From: Lama glama
Lineage: Eukaryota
Assembly (NCBI GenBank): GCA_028534125.1
Contig: CM052817.1
Coordinates: 74,650,109-74,714,000 of the forward strand
Length of the DNA stretch: 63,892 nt
Direction of reading: 5' to 3'
Part shown: piece after piece, positions 48,588 to 62,165 of the stretch
Position numbering within the stretch: the stretch's first letter is position 1
Layout: each line of letters opens with the position of its first letter
Notes under the pieces: model-generated
The model's input: the letters and a program-made list of their open reading frames with translations, nothing else
Database searches by the model: none
Told to the model about the DNA's origin: nothing
Translations under genes and position numbers: made by a program

Positions 48588-50993
48588 ATTTTAAAGACTT
48601 TATCTTTCAGAGCAGTTTTAGGTTCATAGCAAAATTGAGATTTCCCATATACCCCTTGCCCCTGCACATGCGTAGCCTCCCCCATTATCAACACCCCACC
48701 CCAAAGTGGTACATTTATAACAATTGATGGACCTACGTTGACACATCATAATCACACACAGTTCCTAATTTACATTAGGGTTCACTCTTGGTGTTGCACA
48801 TCCTGTGAGTTTTGACAAATGTGTAATGACATGTATGCATCATTATAGTATCATACAGAGTAACTTCACTGCCCGAAAATTCTGCACGCTCCATCTATTC
48901 ACCCACCACGCCCCCACTGACCCCTAGCAACCACTGATCTTTTTTTTACTATCTCTATAGTTTTACCCTTTCCAGAATTGAATGTACTTGGAATCTTGTA
49001 GTATGTAGGGTTTTCAGATTGGCTTCTTTTACTAAAGAACATGCATTTAAGATTCTTTTATGCCTTTTTACAGCATAAAAGAGAGCTAATTTCTTCATAT
49101 CACTGAATAATATTCCATTGTCTGGATGTACCACAGTTTATTTATCCCTTACTTACTAAAGCACATGTTGGTTGCTTCCAAATTTGGGAATGATGATTAA
49201 GCTGCTGTAAATATCCATATGCAGGTTTTTGGGTAGATATAAGTTTTCAGCTCTTTGGGGTAAGTACCAAGGAGGACTACAGTTGTTGAATCGTATAGTC
49301 AGAATATTTTCAGTTGTATAAGAAACTGCCATACTTTCTTGCAAAGTGGCTGTACCATTTTGCATTCTCTCCAGCAGTGAATGAGAGTTGCTGTTGTTCC
49401 ACATCCTTGTCGGTACTTGGTATTGTCAATGTCCGGATTTTGGCCATTCTGACAGATGTGTAGTGGTGTCTCATTGTTTCCATTTGTAATTCCCTGATGA
49501 CATTTGATACGGGGAATCTTTTCATATGCTTATTTGCCATCTGTATATCTTCTTTAGTGAGATTTCTGTTCAAATCTTTGTCCTCTTTTTAAATTAGGTT
49601 GTTCATTTTATTGTCCTTTGTCCATCTTTTTGCATTTTCTCCAAAACTGGGGCTTGTCTTCTTATTCTCTTAAAATTATTTTTCACAGAGCAGGAGATTT
49701 TAATTTTAATGAAGTCCAACTTATCAATTCTTTCTTTCTTGGATCATGCCTTTGTTGTTGTATCCCAGAATTCATCAATATACCCAAGGTCATCAAGATC
49801 TTCAGGCCCTATGTTATCTTCTACAAGTTTTGTATTTTTGTGCTTTACATTTAGGTTTGTGATCCATTTTGAATTAATTTTTGTGAATGGTGTAAGGTCT
49901 GTGTCTAGATGCATTTTTTTTTCATGTGGATATCCAGCTGTTCTAGCACCATTTGTTGAAGAGACTGTCTTTGCTCCACTCTGTTGTCTTTGCTCCTTTG
50001 TCAAAGAGCAGTTTGTGGGTCTATTTCCGGGCTCTCTGTTCTGTCACACTGACCCACTGGTCTACTCTTTTGCCAGTACCATACTGTCTTGATTACTATA
50101 GCTTGACAGTAAGCTTGAAGTCAGGGAGTGTCAGTTCTCCAGTTTTGTTCCCCTCCTTAATATTATGTTCGCTAGTTTGGGTCTTCTGCCTCTTCATATA
50201 AACTTCAGAATCAGTTTGTTGAAATCTACAAGATAAGTTGCTGGAATTTTGATGGAATTGCATTGAATCTATAGATCAAGTTGGGAAGAACTAACATCTT
50301 GACCGTATTGTCTTCCTTTCCATAAACATGCAGTATCTCCCTATTTATCTAGTTCTTTGATTTCATTCATCAGAGTCGTATACTTTTTCTCATATAGATC
50401 TTGTACATATTTTGTTAAATTTATAACTAAATATTTCATATTTGGAGATGCTAATTTAAATAATATTGTGTTGTTCACTTCAAATTTCGCTTGTTCATTG
50501 CTGTATATGGAAAGGCGATTGACTTTTGTATATTAACTTTGTGTCCTGAAACCTTGACATAATCATTATTAGTTCCAGGAGTTTTCTTGTTGTTTCTTTT
50601 GGATTTTCTAATCAACATATCGTCTATGAACTATTTCTTCCTTCCCAGTCTGTGTATTTTTTATTTCCTTTTCTTATTGCATGGCATTCCCATACAGTGT
50701 TAAAAAGGAGGGGACATCCTTGCCTTTTTCCTGATCTTAGTTGGAAAGCTTCTAGTTTCTCACAATTAAATATGATGTTAGCTGTATGGTTTTTGTAGAT
50801 ATTCTTTATCAAGTTGAGAAGGTATTTCTCTAATTTACTAACGGTTTTTATCATGAACGGGTGTTAGATTTTGTCAAATGCTTTTACTGCATATATTGAT
50901 ATGGTCATGTGATTTTTTTCTATTTTAGCCTGTTAATGTGATAAATTACGTTGTTTTATTTTTGAATGCTGAACCAGCCTTGCGTGCCTGAGA
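48588..50993 (-). mobile_element. L1MC-like LINE-1, ~2.4 kb, 5'-truncated, decayed ORF2
   Basis: Minus-strand peptides resemble L1 ORF2: 'MNRNLTKEDIQMANKHMKR', '[19 protein letters not shown]', 'ANIIFNCEKLEAFQLRSGKRQGCPL'; 3' end 'agagcagttttaggttcatagcaaaattgag'. Confidence 0.93.
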
Positions 50994-51399
50994 TGCTATT
51001 AGATTTTTTAGAGCCTGAAACAGTGGTAACTAAGCTTGAAGGAAATATGGGGTCTAAATTTCTCCATTACCTATTTGTCTTCTCATCTTCATTTACAATT
51101 TGACAGAAAAAGGGAAAATTTGTAGTCAGTATTTTTCCATTCATCTGTGTACTGAAAGATATTACAACATGACTGATAATTTAAAAAGTGAATTTGAAAT
51201 GTTACAAGGTGAAATTTAATAGGTTTTAAGTGTGGAAATTTCTATTAAAGGGAAAGAAATAAGCATCAATAAGAGGAGGAAATGGGCCCATTATGTCTTG
51301 TAAGGTAGTAGATAGGGGAGTTCCCCACTAACAGTCTTCTCTTATTAAAATTGTTAACATGGCCCCCATGTATTTAATAGAATTGTGAGGTCAGATGCA

Positions 51400-51645
51400 C
51401 TAATGGCTGATGGAAAGATTATGAGCTTTTTCAACTTACATTAACCTTGGTGGAATTTTTTTTTAAGCCACTTATATTTTTGAGATATTGGAACTTTGAG
51501 CCTGCAGTGTTTTTCATCTATATAAAGGGGAAACTATCTACCTTATGGTGATAGTTTGCTGTTTAAATAGGATAGTAGAGTAAGTAAAGCACATATTTAA
51601 TGCCATGCCCAGCTGTATACTAGTGACCAATAGATATTAGCTGAT
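51400..51645 (+). mobile_element. MIR SINE
   Basis: 'tgagcctgcagtgtttttcatctatataaagggg...gtaaagcac...caatagatattagct'. Confidence 0.6.
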
Positions 51646-53259
51646 AGTAAGATGAACATACTGTTATATGTTTAGTTAGAATTTTATTGGTTTGTTCTTT
51701 TCAACATGAGATTCTTAGCTAAACCTGTCCCTTTTACCAGCTTATTGGGCCATGAATACTTTGCTTCCTGAGTCCACTTCTCTATTTTCACTTGAACAAG
51801 CAGCTGTGTAATGAATCACCCAGTATGGACAGCTGAATAAACTGGCACTCAACAATTCAGTAAATAAAACGTCATTTTTTTCATTTCTCCTTTCTCTCTC
51901 ATAGCTGTCTTACTTTGTAAACAACAGGATTTAAGTTTGCTGTTTGACTTTCTGTTGGTATAAGAGAAAAATGTATTTATTCAAAAAAAATGTTGTTTTA
52001 AAGCCCCATAAAAGGAGAACTCACAGGAAAAAATAAATATGATGGAATTGTCTAAAGATACATTTTCTTATTGCATTTCAAGAAATTCTTTTTAATGCAA
52101 AATACGGTGCTTTCCTTTTGTATTATTCTGTTGGCCTCTGAGATAAGATACGTGATATCTGATAAACATCACTCTGATTAAAGTTAGAAACAGCTGCCCC
52201 TTTAAAGGATTATTTTTCTTCAAAATATGAAATCATTTTGGGTGGTTTTAAAAGAAAAACAAAAAACTTTTTTTGTTGTTCTTGTTATTCTCATGGTATT
52301 TTAAGTTTGTATAATTTTGGTTTAATGTCAAGGTAAAAACTGTGAAAGGGCAGGGCCCAGTACTTAAGATGCACGGTCACATTCTCTCTGCCTTTTTTGT
52401 TTAAACATTAAGTTATGAAAACAATTATGGATGCAAGATGATGACAGTGGCATCAAAAGCAGCTTCTAGGCCATTAGGCACTCATGTTCTGGAGGATGGA
52501 AAGAAATGCTGTAAACGTGAAGTTTAAATTTTAATAGTTACACAGTATTGGTGAATGATGAAGCATCCAGGTAAGGTAGGTGACGTGTAACTACAGTTGG
52601 GACAATTAGGTGGCAGGGGGAGTCCTGAGCCGTGGGGTAACGAGTAGAAGTGGTTACGTGTTTTGTGATATTCCATTTGGTACTGGTAAAAAGGCCCTTG
52701 TGAGTCTTAGAAAAATGTTATCACATTTTCCTGAGTGAGGTTAATATTACTTGACTATTACTTAAGGAGCTTCTTCGTGGCATTATTCTAGTGTAAGGTA
52801 CTGTTTCACAAACAAATAAATAAATCACTCAAACTTTATTTCCTACTGATAGTGCTGAGCTGGGAATTTGACAGATACACAGGAGGTACTCAGTGAGTCT
52901 CTTAGATGCATGAATGCATTTGTAACTTTTATGTTAGTTGCTTGGATGGAAACTAAGACTTTAAGCATAATATATGCACTTACAGAACGGGAATCCCTTT
53001 GGTTAACTCAGGCATTCTTTTTAAATATTCTGTCGGAAGCTCTTGAAAGCCACAACACGTCAAAAAAGAAAAAGAAATACATATTTCTTAAACTCCTTCA
53101 ATGCATCTTTCTTTCTGGCAGTTCTTCCTTGGACATGTTTTTTTGTCCCTTTCTGTTCCTTTTTTTTTTCCCACTCGCATTTTCTGCAAATTGTAACGAC
53201 CTCATGTGTGAATAATTATAGAGCCCGCTAACCTGGTTCCCAGGCTCCACCCTTCAGTC

Positions 53260-53710
53260 ACTTCTTCCCTGAACCTGATCCTCTCTAAAATCAATGACTA
53301 ATTAATCTTCAAGCAAGACAGCACTGTTATTTCTCTCTTGACGTATTCTGTGTGGGTCCCATACGTAAACGATCAAGTTCAAAAGCCTGAAACTTGCAGT
53401 CAGGCCTACCTGCTTCCTTGTCTTTCTCATTTTATTCCTCACGAGTCACACACAGCTAATCTGGTCCCCATTGTGAACACCACTCCATCTGAGGACCCTT
53501 AGGGCCATTCCTGGACCCTTAGGTACCGTTATAAGAATGTCATCATCTCTGTTAGCACATTGTAATGAGTCGCAATGACTTACTTACTCATCTTTCCTTC
53601 ACTGGACTGTGAGTTTCTTGAGGTAGACATCTTGTTTCATCATTTTTTCACCCCTGGAGTTAGAATATTGTAGGTCTTCCATAAATATACACCGAATGAA
53701 TGAGTTAATG
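53260..53710 (+). mobile_element. LINE-2 3' fragment
   Basis: 'cactggactgtgagtttcttgagg...gtaggtcttccataaatatacaccgaatgaatga'. Confidence 0.7.
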
Positions 53711-55469
53711 CAACTTATAATTTGTGATCTGTGCTTTTTAAAATCTTCCTTTTCCTAAGATGTCCTATCCTTACTTAATGCCTATTAAAATTGCATATCT
53801 CCTTCTTTATTTTGTTCAGCTAGAGCTTGGCAAGTATTACTAAGAAAGGAGAGAAAGTAGATACTACTAGGCAACTATCAGTCTCTCCTACAATCTTGTA
53901 CCTTCGTTTATTTTATTATAAAAAAAGGATGTTAACATTATATGTGGATAAAGATGACCATTCTAGGATAATGCATTCACTTTATGGTTTTATGGTGTGT
54001 ATTCCCTTCTACACCTGGCTGTTCTCACCTTGAGAAGTACAGCTTTACATGTGACTCTAAAATCAGTAAACACCACTTTAAAGTGTTATGTGAACTGTTA
54101 ATTAAAAGCAGCAATGTTTTGAACCACTGGGTTTTTTGTTTTGTTTTGTTTTTTGACTACATTGGATCGGAATGCAGTGATTTTTCCGAAGCTCAGCTGG
54201 AGATTCTGCATTTACCCTGAGGACCTGATGTGTAGGGATCATTGGTTCCTCTCTTCCCAGGTGCTGAATTCTTTGCTGTGATTCCAGCTGTGTGGTCACA
54301 TTTACTGACTTTGGAGTTGCATTATTTCACAATGACTAGCAGTTGGCCATGCTTGGAACCCTTTTTCTTATCACCTTATCTGCATGTTCTCCTGGAGTAG
54401 ATTACAGTATTACAAATACCACGTTTGGGTAATTTTCCCACATTCACATTTCTCTTATGCATGAGCTGTTTTTTTAAGAATCATGTGCTTTGACGCAGGC
54501 TTTGTACAGCTACTACATACAAATATATTTAAGTTAATTTGTCCATTTTTTTCCTTTAAATTGATGTATGTCCATTCTTACGTTTTTATGAAATACTTAG
54601 TCCAATATTGTGACTATGATTTCTAATTTCATTAGAAGAATTTCTTTCTGGGTGTTGATTTTGACTTTTGGTTGTTGATTTTTCATCTACTTTGAGGGTT
54701 ATTCAGTTTGTCAGAATCAACTGTCAGGTAACAGGAATCTGAGATGAGCTCATAAACTCAGGGTTTCCTTTTTGTTTTTTTAACCTTTGAGCCCACTGGC
54801 ACCTACTCTTAAACTGACCTTGTTCATTTCTTGCTTTTCCAAAGAAAGGATTTTTTTTTTCTCCTGTAGATATTCAAGTTCTCTTTCTATTCAGCAACAT
54901 CTTTCTTACTGACTTTTTTCCATTGAACATGTCCTTCCCTTTGCCCCAAAAGTCCTTTTCCACTCCACTATTTTCTGTCTCTAATATCATAAACTTCCTA
55001 CCTGAAACTCACCTCTTCAGAAACTTCTTACTTGATCAATCCTGGAGAAATCTGATCTCTGCTTGACTCAGTATTTCTTCTGTACTTTTGTTCTCTGTTT
55101 GCCCAGTCTTAGACTTTTATTTTCAGAAGTAGGTGAGATATTTGAGATCTTTGCCAGCAAACTCCTTGGAGCTGTTAACTCAGGGGGAAGAGTTGTTTAT
55201 CCGTTTTCCCAATTCTTCGTTCTAGTGGGTGATCATCATGCAGCTTTTCCTTTGGAACCACATAGTGAAATAAACCATGTATATCAAGAAAATATGTGCA
55301 AGATTTGACTTAAAAAGATTTGGCAAGTCTTTATTCTTAACATTTTTCTTCAATTGAGAATACTTGAAGAATCCTCTTCTGAGAAGTATTTCTTCAGCCT
55401 TTTTTTCTTTAGCTGTGTTTCTCTTTTATAATATAAAAAGCCTCATAATGAAACCCATCAGATAGCTAT

Positions 55470-55860
55470 ATATTCAGTGAATGTTTACTGAATGTAAATG
55501 AATTATGGTCAGTATGCTGTTTTGGGTGCTTTGATATTCAAGGAATTTATAGTCTCCTAAAGTAGGTGACGTACATACACAAGTATTTTTATAACAAGTT
55601 CAAACATGGACACTACCATAAGAGAGATATAAAGTACTATCAAAGAAGAGAGATAAAGAATAAATTCTTAACCTTGGCAAGATCAGATTGATGTGGACAG
55701 TGGCATTTGTTCTTACTTTGAAGAGCCTGTTGTATTTGGATAGATGGGAAGTACCGTGATGCCAGCGGATCAGAGTGAACCAAGTCCCCAATGTGGGCAG
55801 AGATGGGATAAGCTAAGAGAATGTGGAATGTGATCCAGTGTGGTTCAGTATAAGAGTGAG
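55470..55860 (-). mobile_element. LINE-2 3' fragment
   Basis: 'attcagtgaatgtttactgaatg...tcaaggaatttatagtct...gtggcatttg'. Confidence 0.55.
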
Positions 55861-58051
55861 AAACAGATCAGCCTTGCTTTGTCAATGCAAATTTTAAGAT
55901 TTTCTCATGCATAAAGTTAAGAAAAATTGAGAACTTGAGCCTTGAGTGGCAAGTCCTTGAAAAAGACTTTTTAGATACACTGGTTCAGATGGTACAGTAA
56001 ACTTTTGAGAGGGCCCAGGCATTAGGATAAAAAGAAAAGTGGTGAGAAAGGACATTTTGGGTTGCTTGTTCAAAGATAGATGTCTACTGCAGGCTTCTCT
56101 GGGAGCATTGCGGTTATTCATATTAATGGAAGGAAGTCATGTTCATTGGTGAATTAGAAGAACAGTTAAATCCAAAATGTAGTTCCACGGAATTGACTTT
56201 GGAGTACGAATATCCTGACGGAGTGCCCCTGTCCGAGCAGTACCTGGAGGGAGGCTGAGAGGCCTAACAGCCCTGCGCAGCCTTCTGGTGGTCGTCCTTT
56301 GTTTGTAGAGCCTTCGCTGGGCCCTGCTAGGGTTTTTGTCTTCCTTTGATCTTCCTGTTCTCTATCCAAGCAGAGAGTGAAACTTGCTTTGTGAATTGTC
56401 TTTACATGGGGTGGTACGTGGACGATTACACAGACTAGCAGGCCCTGTTGCCATGGTTCTGCATGTTTCTGCCCCAGGGAGAAATGCTTTCCCTGAGGTG
56501 ACTCATGTGCTCATCCCGGGATCCAGGCACCATCGCCCGGACCTTTCTGGGTCATTGGCTTTGTCCCATGGGAGGAGTGGTACTTCCTGAATAGTTGTGG
56601 GAATAGATTATCTAAAGGGGGAGTGAGATGGAGGGGAAGGGTGGATCAGTCCCTAGTTTTCTGGTCTGTATAGTCACCCACCCCACGCCGAGAGCACAAG
56701 TAAACCGAAGACTTTTCCTGCCTTCTTCCTGGCCATGGACACTCTTCATGCTCGGCATGGAAAGACATAAGAGTTAAGGAGAATATCCATGAGATCATAG
56801 GATATGATCTTACTGCATAATTTGGTCTTTGTCTGGCTTCATTCCTATTTCTTTAAGCATTTCTTTCAGGAGAAACTTGAGACTCAGGTGCACTCTGATG
56901 CTGTCATTGACCTGAAGGATCTAATTGAATGATTTACCCTGAAGGTGCTATGAACCAGACTGATGTTAGTCAATATTTGCATTTCCTATTCTTCTCTTTA
57001 CAGGTTTATAACCTCAAAACGCTGAACATCAGTATAGTAACATCAGAAAGAGAGATTTTTCTTTGATTTATGAAGGGATTCTTTAGTTGCCAAGGAATTT
57101 TTTTTTTTTGGCTTTTAATATAATTGAACTATCAGTGTGTTTCCAGTTGGTTTTGGAACTGTTAGCATACAACTTCTAATTGCTTGTCATCACATTATGC
57201 CATTGGAAATTCAACTCTGAAATCAAGAGCAAACTGGCTTACAATGTACAGAAATTTAATGTAAATGAGTATTTTGGAAGTATATTTCCAGAGTGTCCAT
57301 TTCCCCAGCATGGAGGGAGGAAATGGGGCAAAGGCAGGATTCCTGTGAAGCCGATGGTGAAGCCCATGCATCTGACCTGGAGGTTCTGGGCAGGGACCCA
57401 CGTCTTGCTCTTTTGTATTCCTGCACCTATTGCCTGGAGCATTGAAAGGGACCAATGACAGCTTAACAGTATTGAATTGCTGATGACATGAATATGTCTG
57501 CAGATTAATTAAGGGCACTGCACTCAGTCACCATTGCTAATATCAATACACATCAAAAGGGTATGTGGCTGTAAGAATTGTTTGGGGAACATACCAGGTA
57601 AATATGACGTTTGTCTCTATTGAAGTATTGATGTGGATCATAGGTCCATGGCTCTGAATTAGGTTCTTGTTTATTACTGGACCTCAACTTTATTCATTAC
57701 TTTATTTTCTTAGAAGAAATCATTGAGATGGTTTAGAAGTCACAAAGTAGGTATTCAGTGATGGTTAGTTACTCCCTGTTCCCCCAGTCTCTTCTGTGAT
57801 AAAGGAAAGTTCTGGGCTAGGGATTTCATGCAGATCTCTTAGCTCTGTTTTAAAATCCATCTGTGACTCTTGAGAAAGTAAGCACGTGAAGATCTATTGA
57901 GACATTCCAGTTCCTTGAACTGTAAGAACACCCATAGTGACATTTAAACAGCCAGTCATTTGCTCATAGAATCCGTAGGTGAGTGATTCAGGCAGGGCTC
58001 AGCGGGAATGGCTTTCTAGTGCTTCCCGTTGTCTGAGGCCTGAGCTGGACA

Positions 58052-58551
58052 NNNNNNNNNNNNNNNNNNNNNNNNNNNNNNNNNNNNNNNNNNNNNNNNN
58101 NNNNNNNNNNNNNNNNNNNNNNNNNNNNNNNNNNNNNNNNNNNNNNNNNNNNNNNNNNNNNNNNNNNNNNNNNNNNNNNNNNNNNNNNNNNNNNNNNNNN
58201 NNNNNNNNNNNNNNNNNNNNNNNNNNNNNNNNNNNNNNNNNNNNNNNNNNNNNNNNNNNNNNNNNNNNNNNNNNNNNNNNNNNNNNNNNNNNNNNNNNNN
58301 NNNNNNNNNNNNNNNNNNNNNNNNNNNNNNNNNNNNNNNNNNNNNNNNNNNNNNNNNNNNNNNNNNNNNNNNNNNNNNNNNNNNNNNNNNNNNNNNNNNN
58401 NNNNNNNNNNNNNNNNNNNNNNNNNNNNNNNNNNNNNNNNNNNNNNNNNNNNNNNNNNNNNNNNNNNNNNNNNNNNNNNNNNNNNNNNNNNNNNNNNNNN
58501 NNNNNNNNNNNNNNNNNNNNNNNNNNNNNNNNNNNNNNNNNNNNNNNNNNN
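58052..58551. other. Assembly gap (500 N)
   Basis: Run of N characters. Confidence 1.
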
Positions 58552-59789
58552 GATGGGAAGTAGGAAGGTTCTGAAAGCACATGCGAGAGTGACATTATTG
58601 CTTGAATTATTGCTGGGAAAACACAGTCTACTGCACAATGTACGTTCTATGTCTTTTGCTGTGATTTTCACATATGATTAATAATTTATATCTTCCTAGG
58701 TTGTTTTTACTAGATAGACTACTTACCAATTCCCTGTATCTAGTTTTTTAAAAAATAATTTGCCCTTAAATGTGTTAATCAGATGCTGAAATTGATGGAG
58801 GAAAGTTTAAATTTAAAAATAAAAATGAATAGATTATCTACAATTTTTTATCTATAGTTCCCAGTGAGACAACAACAAGTTTGTTAATATTGTGGAGAGC
58901 AAAGACTTAGGATTTATAATGAAATGCTATCATAAAAGGAATAAAATGATTACATCCTTCTCTTGCACAGGTAAATAAAGACTACTCAGCTTCTAGGTAA
59001 TTTTGTCCAGTTTCTTTCTGCCATATGCCATTTCACTTTGCTTTTTAATTTTAGTCCAATGTCTTAATTCAGACATAGAGCAAAACATACTTGTCAGTGA
59101 ACTACCATGTCCATTTATTTATAGTTCTAAGTTATATTATGTGATAGGACGGGGAGTTATAGAGACATTTTTAGCAGGAGTTTCTCAGCTGAAAATAATG
59201 AGTTCTAAGAAATATAAAAATGTACGTGGTCTTCCTTTCTCAAACGTCCTTATTTTGTTTCACATAGTCTTCTTTTAGGCCAGGTGCTAATTTTGCTGGT
59301 CAGGAAGTCACTGTCTTTTCTGCCTGAATGGTGCTGAATTCAATGGGTTATTAGACTCCAGCTGTAAACACCGCTGCTCCCTCCTGCTCAGTTTGCAGGT
59401 GGTCTGCAGAGCCCAGCCTGGGACTCCATGGAATTAAAGCCATCAGATGAAAGAGGACTAGTGGAATCACAGTAATGGTCATTGTGCGACTTTGATTTGC
59501 TTTGGGGTCCTCCCTGAAGGAACGGGATGGAGCATAGGGCCCAACTGACCTTTTGGGGGCTCCCCTGGGCTCAAACTGCAGGCAGGTCCCTTCTGTTTTC
59601 TGCATCCCTGCTCACTGAACTAGTGGACCACGTTCTAAGTGGTGCTCTGAGCAGAAGTGTAACTCATTTACTCTGTTAGGGGTTTTAGACCCAGACTCTC
59701 TTTTTCTTACTTCTCCTTAAGAATTGCAGGAATTTCTTCACCACGTTCCCCTTGGGAGAAAGATGCAATAAAGAGACCACTGGTCTCCT

Positions 59790-60340
59790 AGTGTCCTTGA
59801 CACGCATGTGTTTCCCCTCGATGTAACTGAGGGTTCTACAAAGATGTATGCACAGCCCAGTTTCCCTCCCAAGTTTCCTATTTCCCACTGCCTTCTAGAT
59901 AGGTCCACTTGGATATTACATAGAAATCTAAAATTCATTATGTTCAAATATAAACTCTTCTTCCCCTCTCAGACCTGCGTCTTCATACATGTTTCTTCTC
60001 TTGGTTAACTGTATAAGTATTCCAAGCCAGAAACCTGGAAGTCATGCTAGACCCCATCCTCTCCCAACCACTCACTAAGTCTTTGGTTCTAAGAAACACC
60101 CACCTGCACCCACTGCTTCCTCTTCTCGGCAGCGCTGCCTTGGGTCAGACCCTCAGCTCCGTCCTGCCCCGTCTCCTCACTCTACTCTCCCATCTTCTGT
60201 AAAACGTCCTACGGTAGTCCTTTCCTGCATGAATCTCACTTTGTTACAGCCATTTCACTCATCTGCCTTCACCCCAGACATGGATTTTGCCTTGTTCATT
60301 GTGTCTTTCTGACCCAACATTGTGATTATCCCAAAGAAAG
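59790..60340 (+). mobile_element. LINE-2 fragment
   Basis: 'ccactgccttctagataggtccacttggatatt...tcattatgttcaaatataaactc...caagccagaaacctggaagtcatgctagac'. Confidence 0.75.
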
Positions 60341-60829
60341 CTTCATTTTGCTTTTCCTAGAAGGAAGAAGGCAGACAGGTGTATTTTCTCTAAACAGGGC
60401 ATGTAGTTCAACTTAAAAAATGCCCAACATTCTCTCTGTTAGCTCAGATTTCTAGGGAAAAGACAGTGTTATTTATCTAAGGAACTGAATGAAAAAAAGC
60501 AATGTATTTATTGTTTATCTTTTTTAAGGATGTGGATTACTATTAGCTTTCTTGATTTATTAAAAGAAAAAGTTGTGAAAACCTACTATGACTCAGCACT
60601 GAAGAAGAGAGAAAGTCTTGTGCATAAACTCACACACTACGAGTGATGTGATATGCACCCTGAGAGAGATAACAGAGGCAGAATCCTTTGTCGGGACTGC
60701 GATAAACAGCTGTGTTGTGAGGAGAAAATGCCAGGTACCACAGGCTGTATTTGAGGAATGAAGAGTGGATAGCTTGTAGAAACCTGATGGGAGGTAAGGG
60801 TAGATAGTTAGGTTATGGGCACGTTGTTA

Positions 60830-60962
60830 AGAATGTAAACTCTCTGAGGGCAGGAATTTTTGTTCACAAATGTAATGTATTCTTTGATATGTCTCAAGTG
60901 CCTGGAAGAATGCCAGGGATGGTACACAGCAGCTGCTCAGTAGTGTTTGCTCAATTAATGAG
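60830..60962 (+). mobile_element. LINE-2 3' end
   Basis: 'agaatgtaaactctctgagggcaggaatttttgt...gtgcctggaagaatgccagg...gctcagtagtgtttgctcaattaatga'. Confidence 0.75.
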
Positions 60963-61974
60963 TAGACCCTGAAGCCCACCTGACTTGCCGGAATACTGTT
61001 CGATTAACCAGTATTTGATAGCCATGGCTTTTTTTTTCAGCAGAACTTGGGGCATTTAGTTGACAGCAGATTATTTTGGAAAGAATGTCCCAGGATCACA
61101 GATCTGTCTGCTGCAGTCACATGTGCGAAGAAAACACGTGCCTCCTCTTTCTGCATCTATAGCCCTCCCCCGACACCCCCCTTCTCCTTGTCTGTTACAG
61201 ATCAGCATGTTCACATCTCTCTCTCTCCCCCCAAACCTCTGGATTCTTAATTTCCTTTTGTAACATGAGAAAGATTTAGATGTCATTTTTTGGACTTTTT
61301 TTTTTCTTGTGAGATTTTCATCTTTTTACACATAGTGGTTTCTTTCTGGAGTGCCCTCTGTACCTTGCCATGGTCATACCCTTGGGATATCCTGACTGTG
61401 TGTAGTTTCTTGAAGGTTTTAAGAGCTTTGAAAATTCAACTGTCTTCAAAGTCAAATCGGGGTTTCAAATTTTGCTTGCTTCTTTTCATTGTAACTGTAA
61501 TGCCAAAAATTAAAAGCCTTATGAGAAAGAAAAAAGATACCGCAGAATCTCAGTGGAAATGAATACACCCTGCTAGGTACTTAGTTCTGAATGTTCACTG
61601 TGGTAGTGAAGACATCTGAGATTTTTTTTTTTTTTTAAATAGAACCATCACCTTGACAATAACCACTCTATTGCTTCTTTGGGTTAGCTGTGGTTAACCC
61701 CTTTAGATAATCTTAGAAATCACTTGAGTATTCTGAAACACTGACAATTAGATTTGATATTGCACAGAAAACACTTTTTGTACTACTTCTCATTTGTGTG
61801 TTTGTTTTAACCAGCTTTATTCTGAAGAATCAAAAACATGGCAAAACGGAGTTATGTGTAATTGAGAGAAAGTATCTTGGTGCAGAATGACTGTATTTTT
61901 TCTCCCCTTTTCTCACTGTGATATCATTTCCGTCCATAATCTGTGTATTGCTTATCAGATTTCCTGCCCAGGGA

Positions 61975-62165
61975 AAAATAACAGCATACTTTTTATGTGA
62001 CAAAGCACTTTTATATATTTGATTTCGTTTAATCTTCCCAGTGTCCCTGTGAAGTATTATCAGCCTTTTTAAAGATGGGAGAGCTGGGCCTCAGAGAGAA
62101 CAGGCAGCTAGCTTGCTGGAGATTGTGCAGCAAATCATGGAACTGGGGTTTAAACCAAATCCTTT
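61975..62165 (-). mobile_element. MIR SINE
   Basis: 'tttcgtttaatcttcccagtgtccctgtgaagtattatc...agatgggagagctgggcctcagagag...gaactggggtttaaacc'. Confidence 0.75.

Noticed and set aside
49156..50854. Minus-strand ORFs with L1 ORF2/reverse-transcriptase-like peptides as a gene
   Set aside because: Fragmented by stops and frameshifts; a decayed, truncated L1.
57979..58671. Long ORFs of 188-227 aa
   Set aside because: Artefacts of translating through the N gap.
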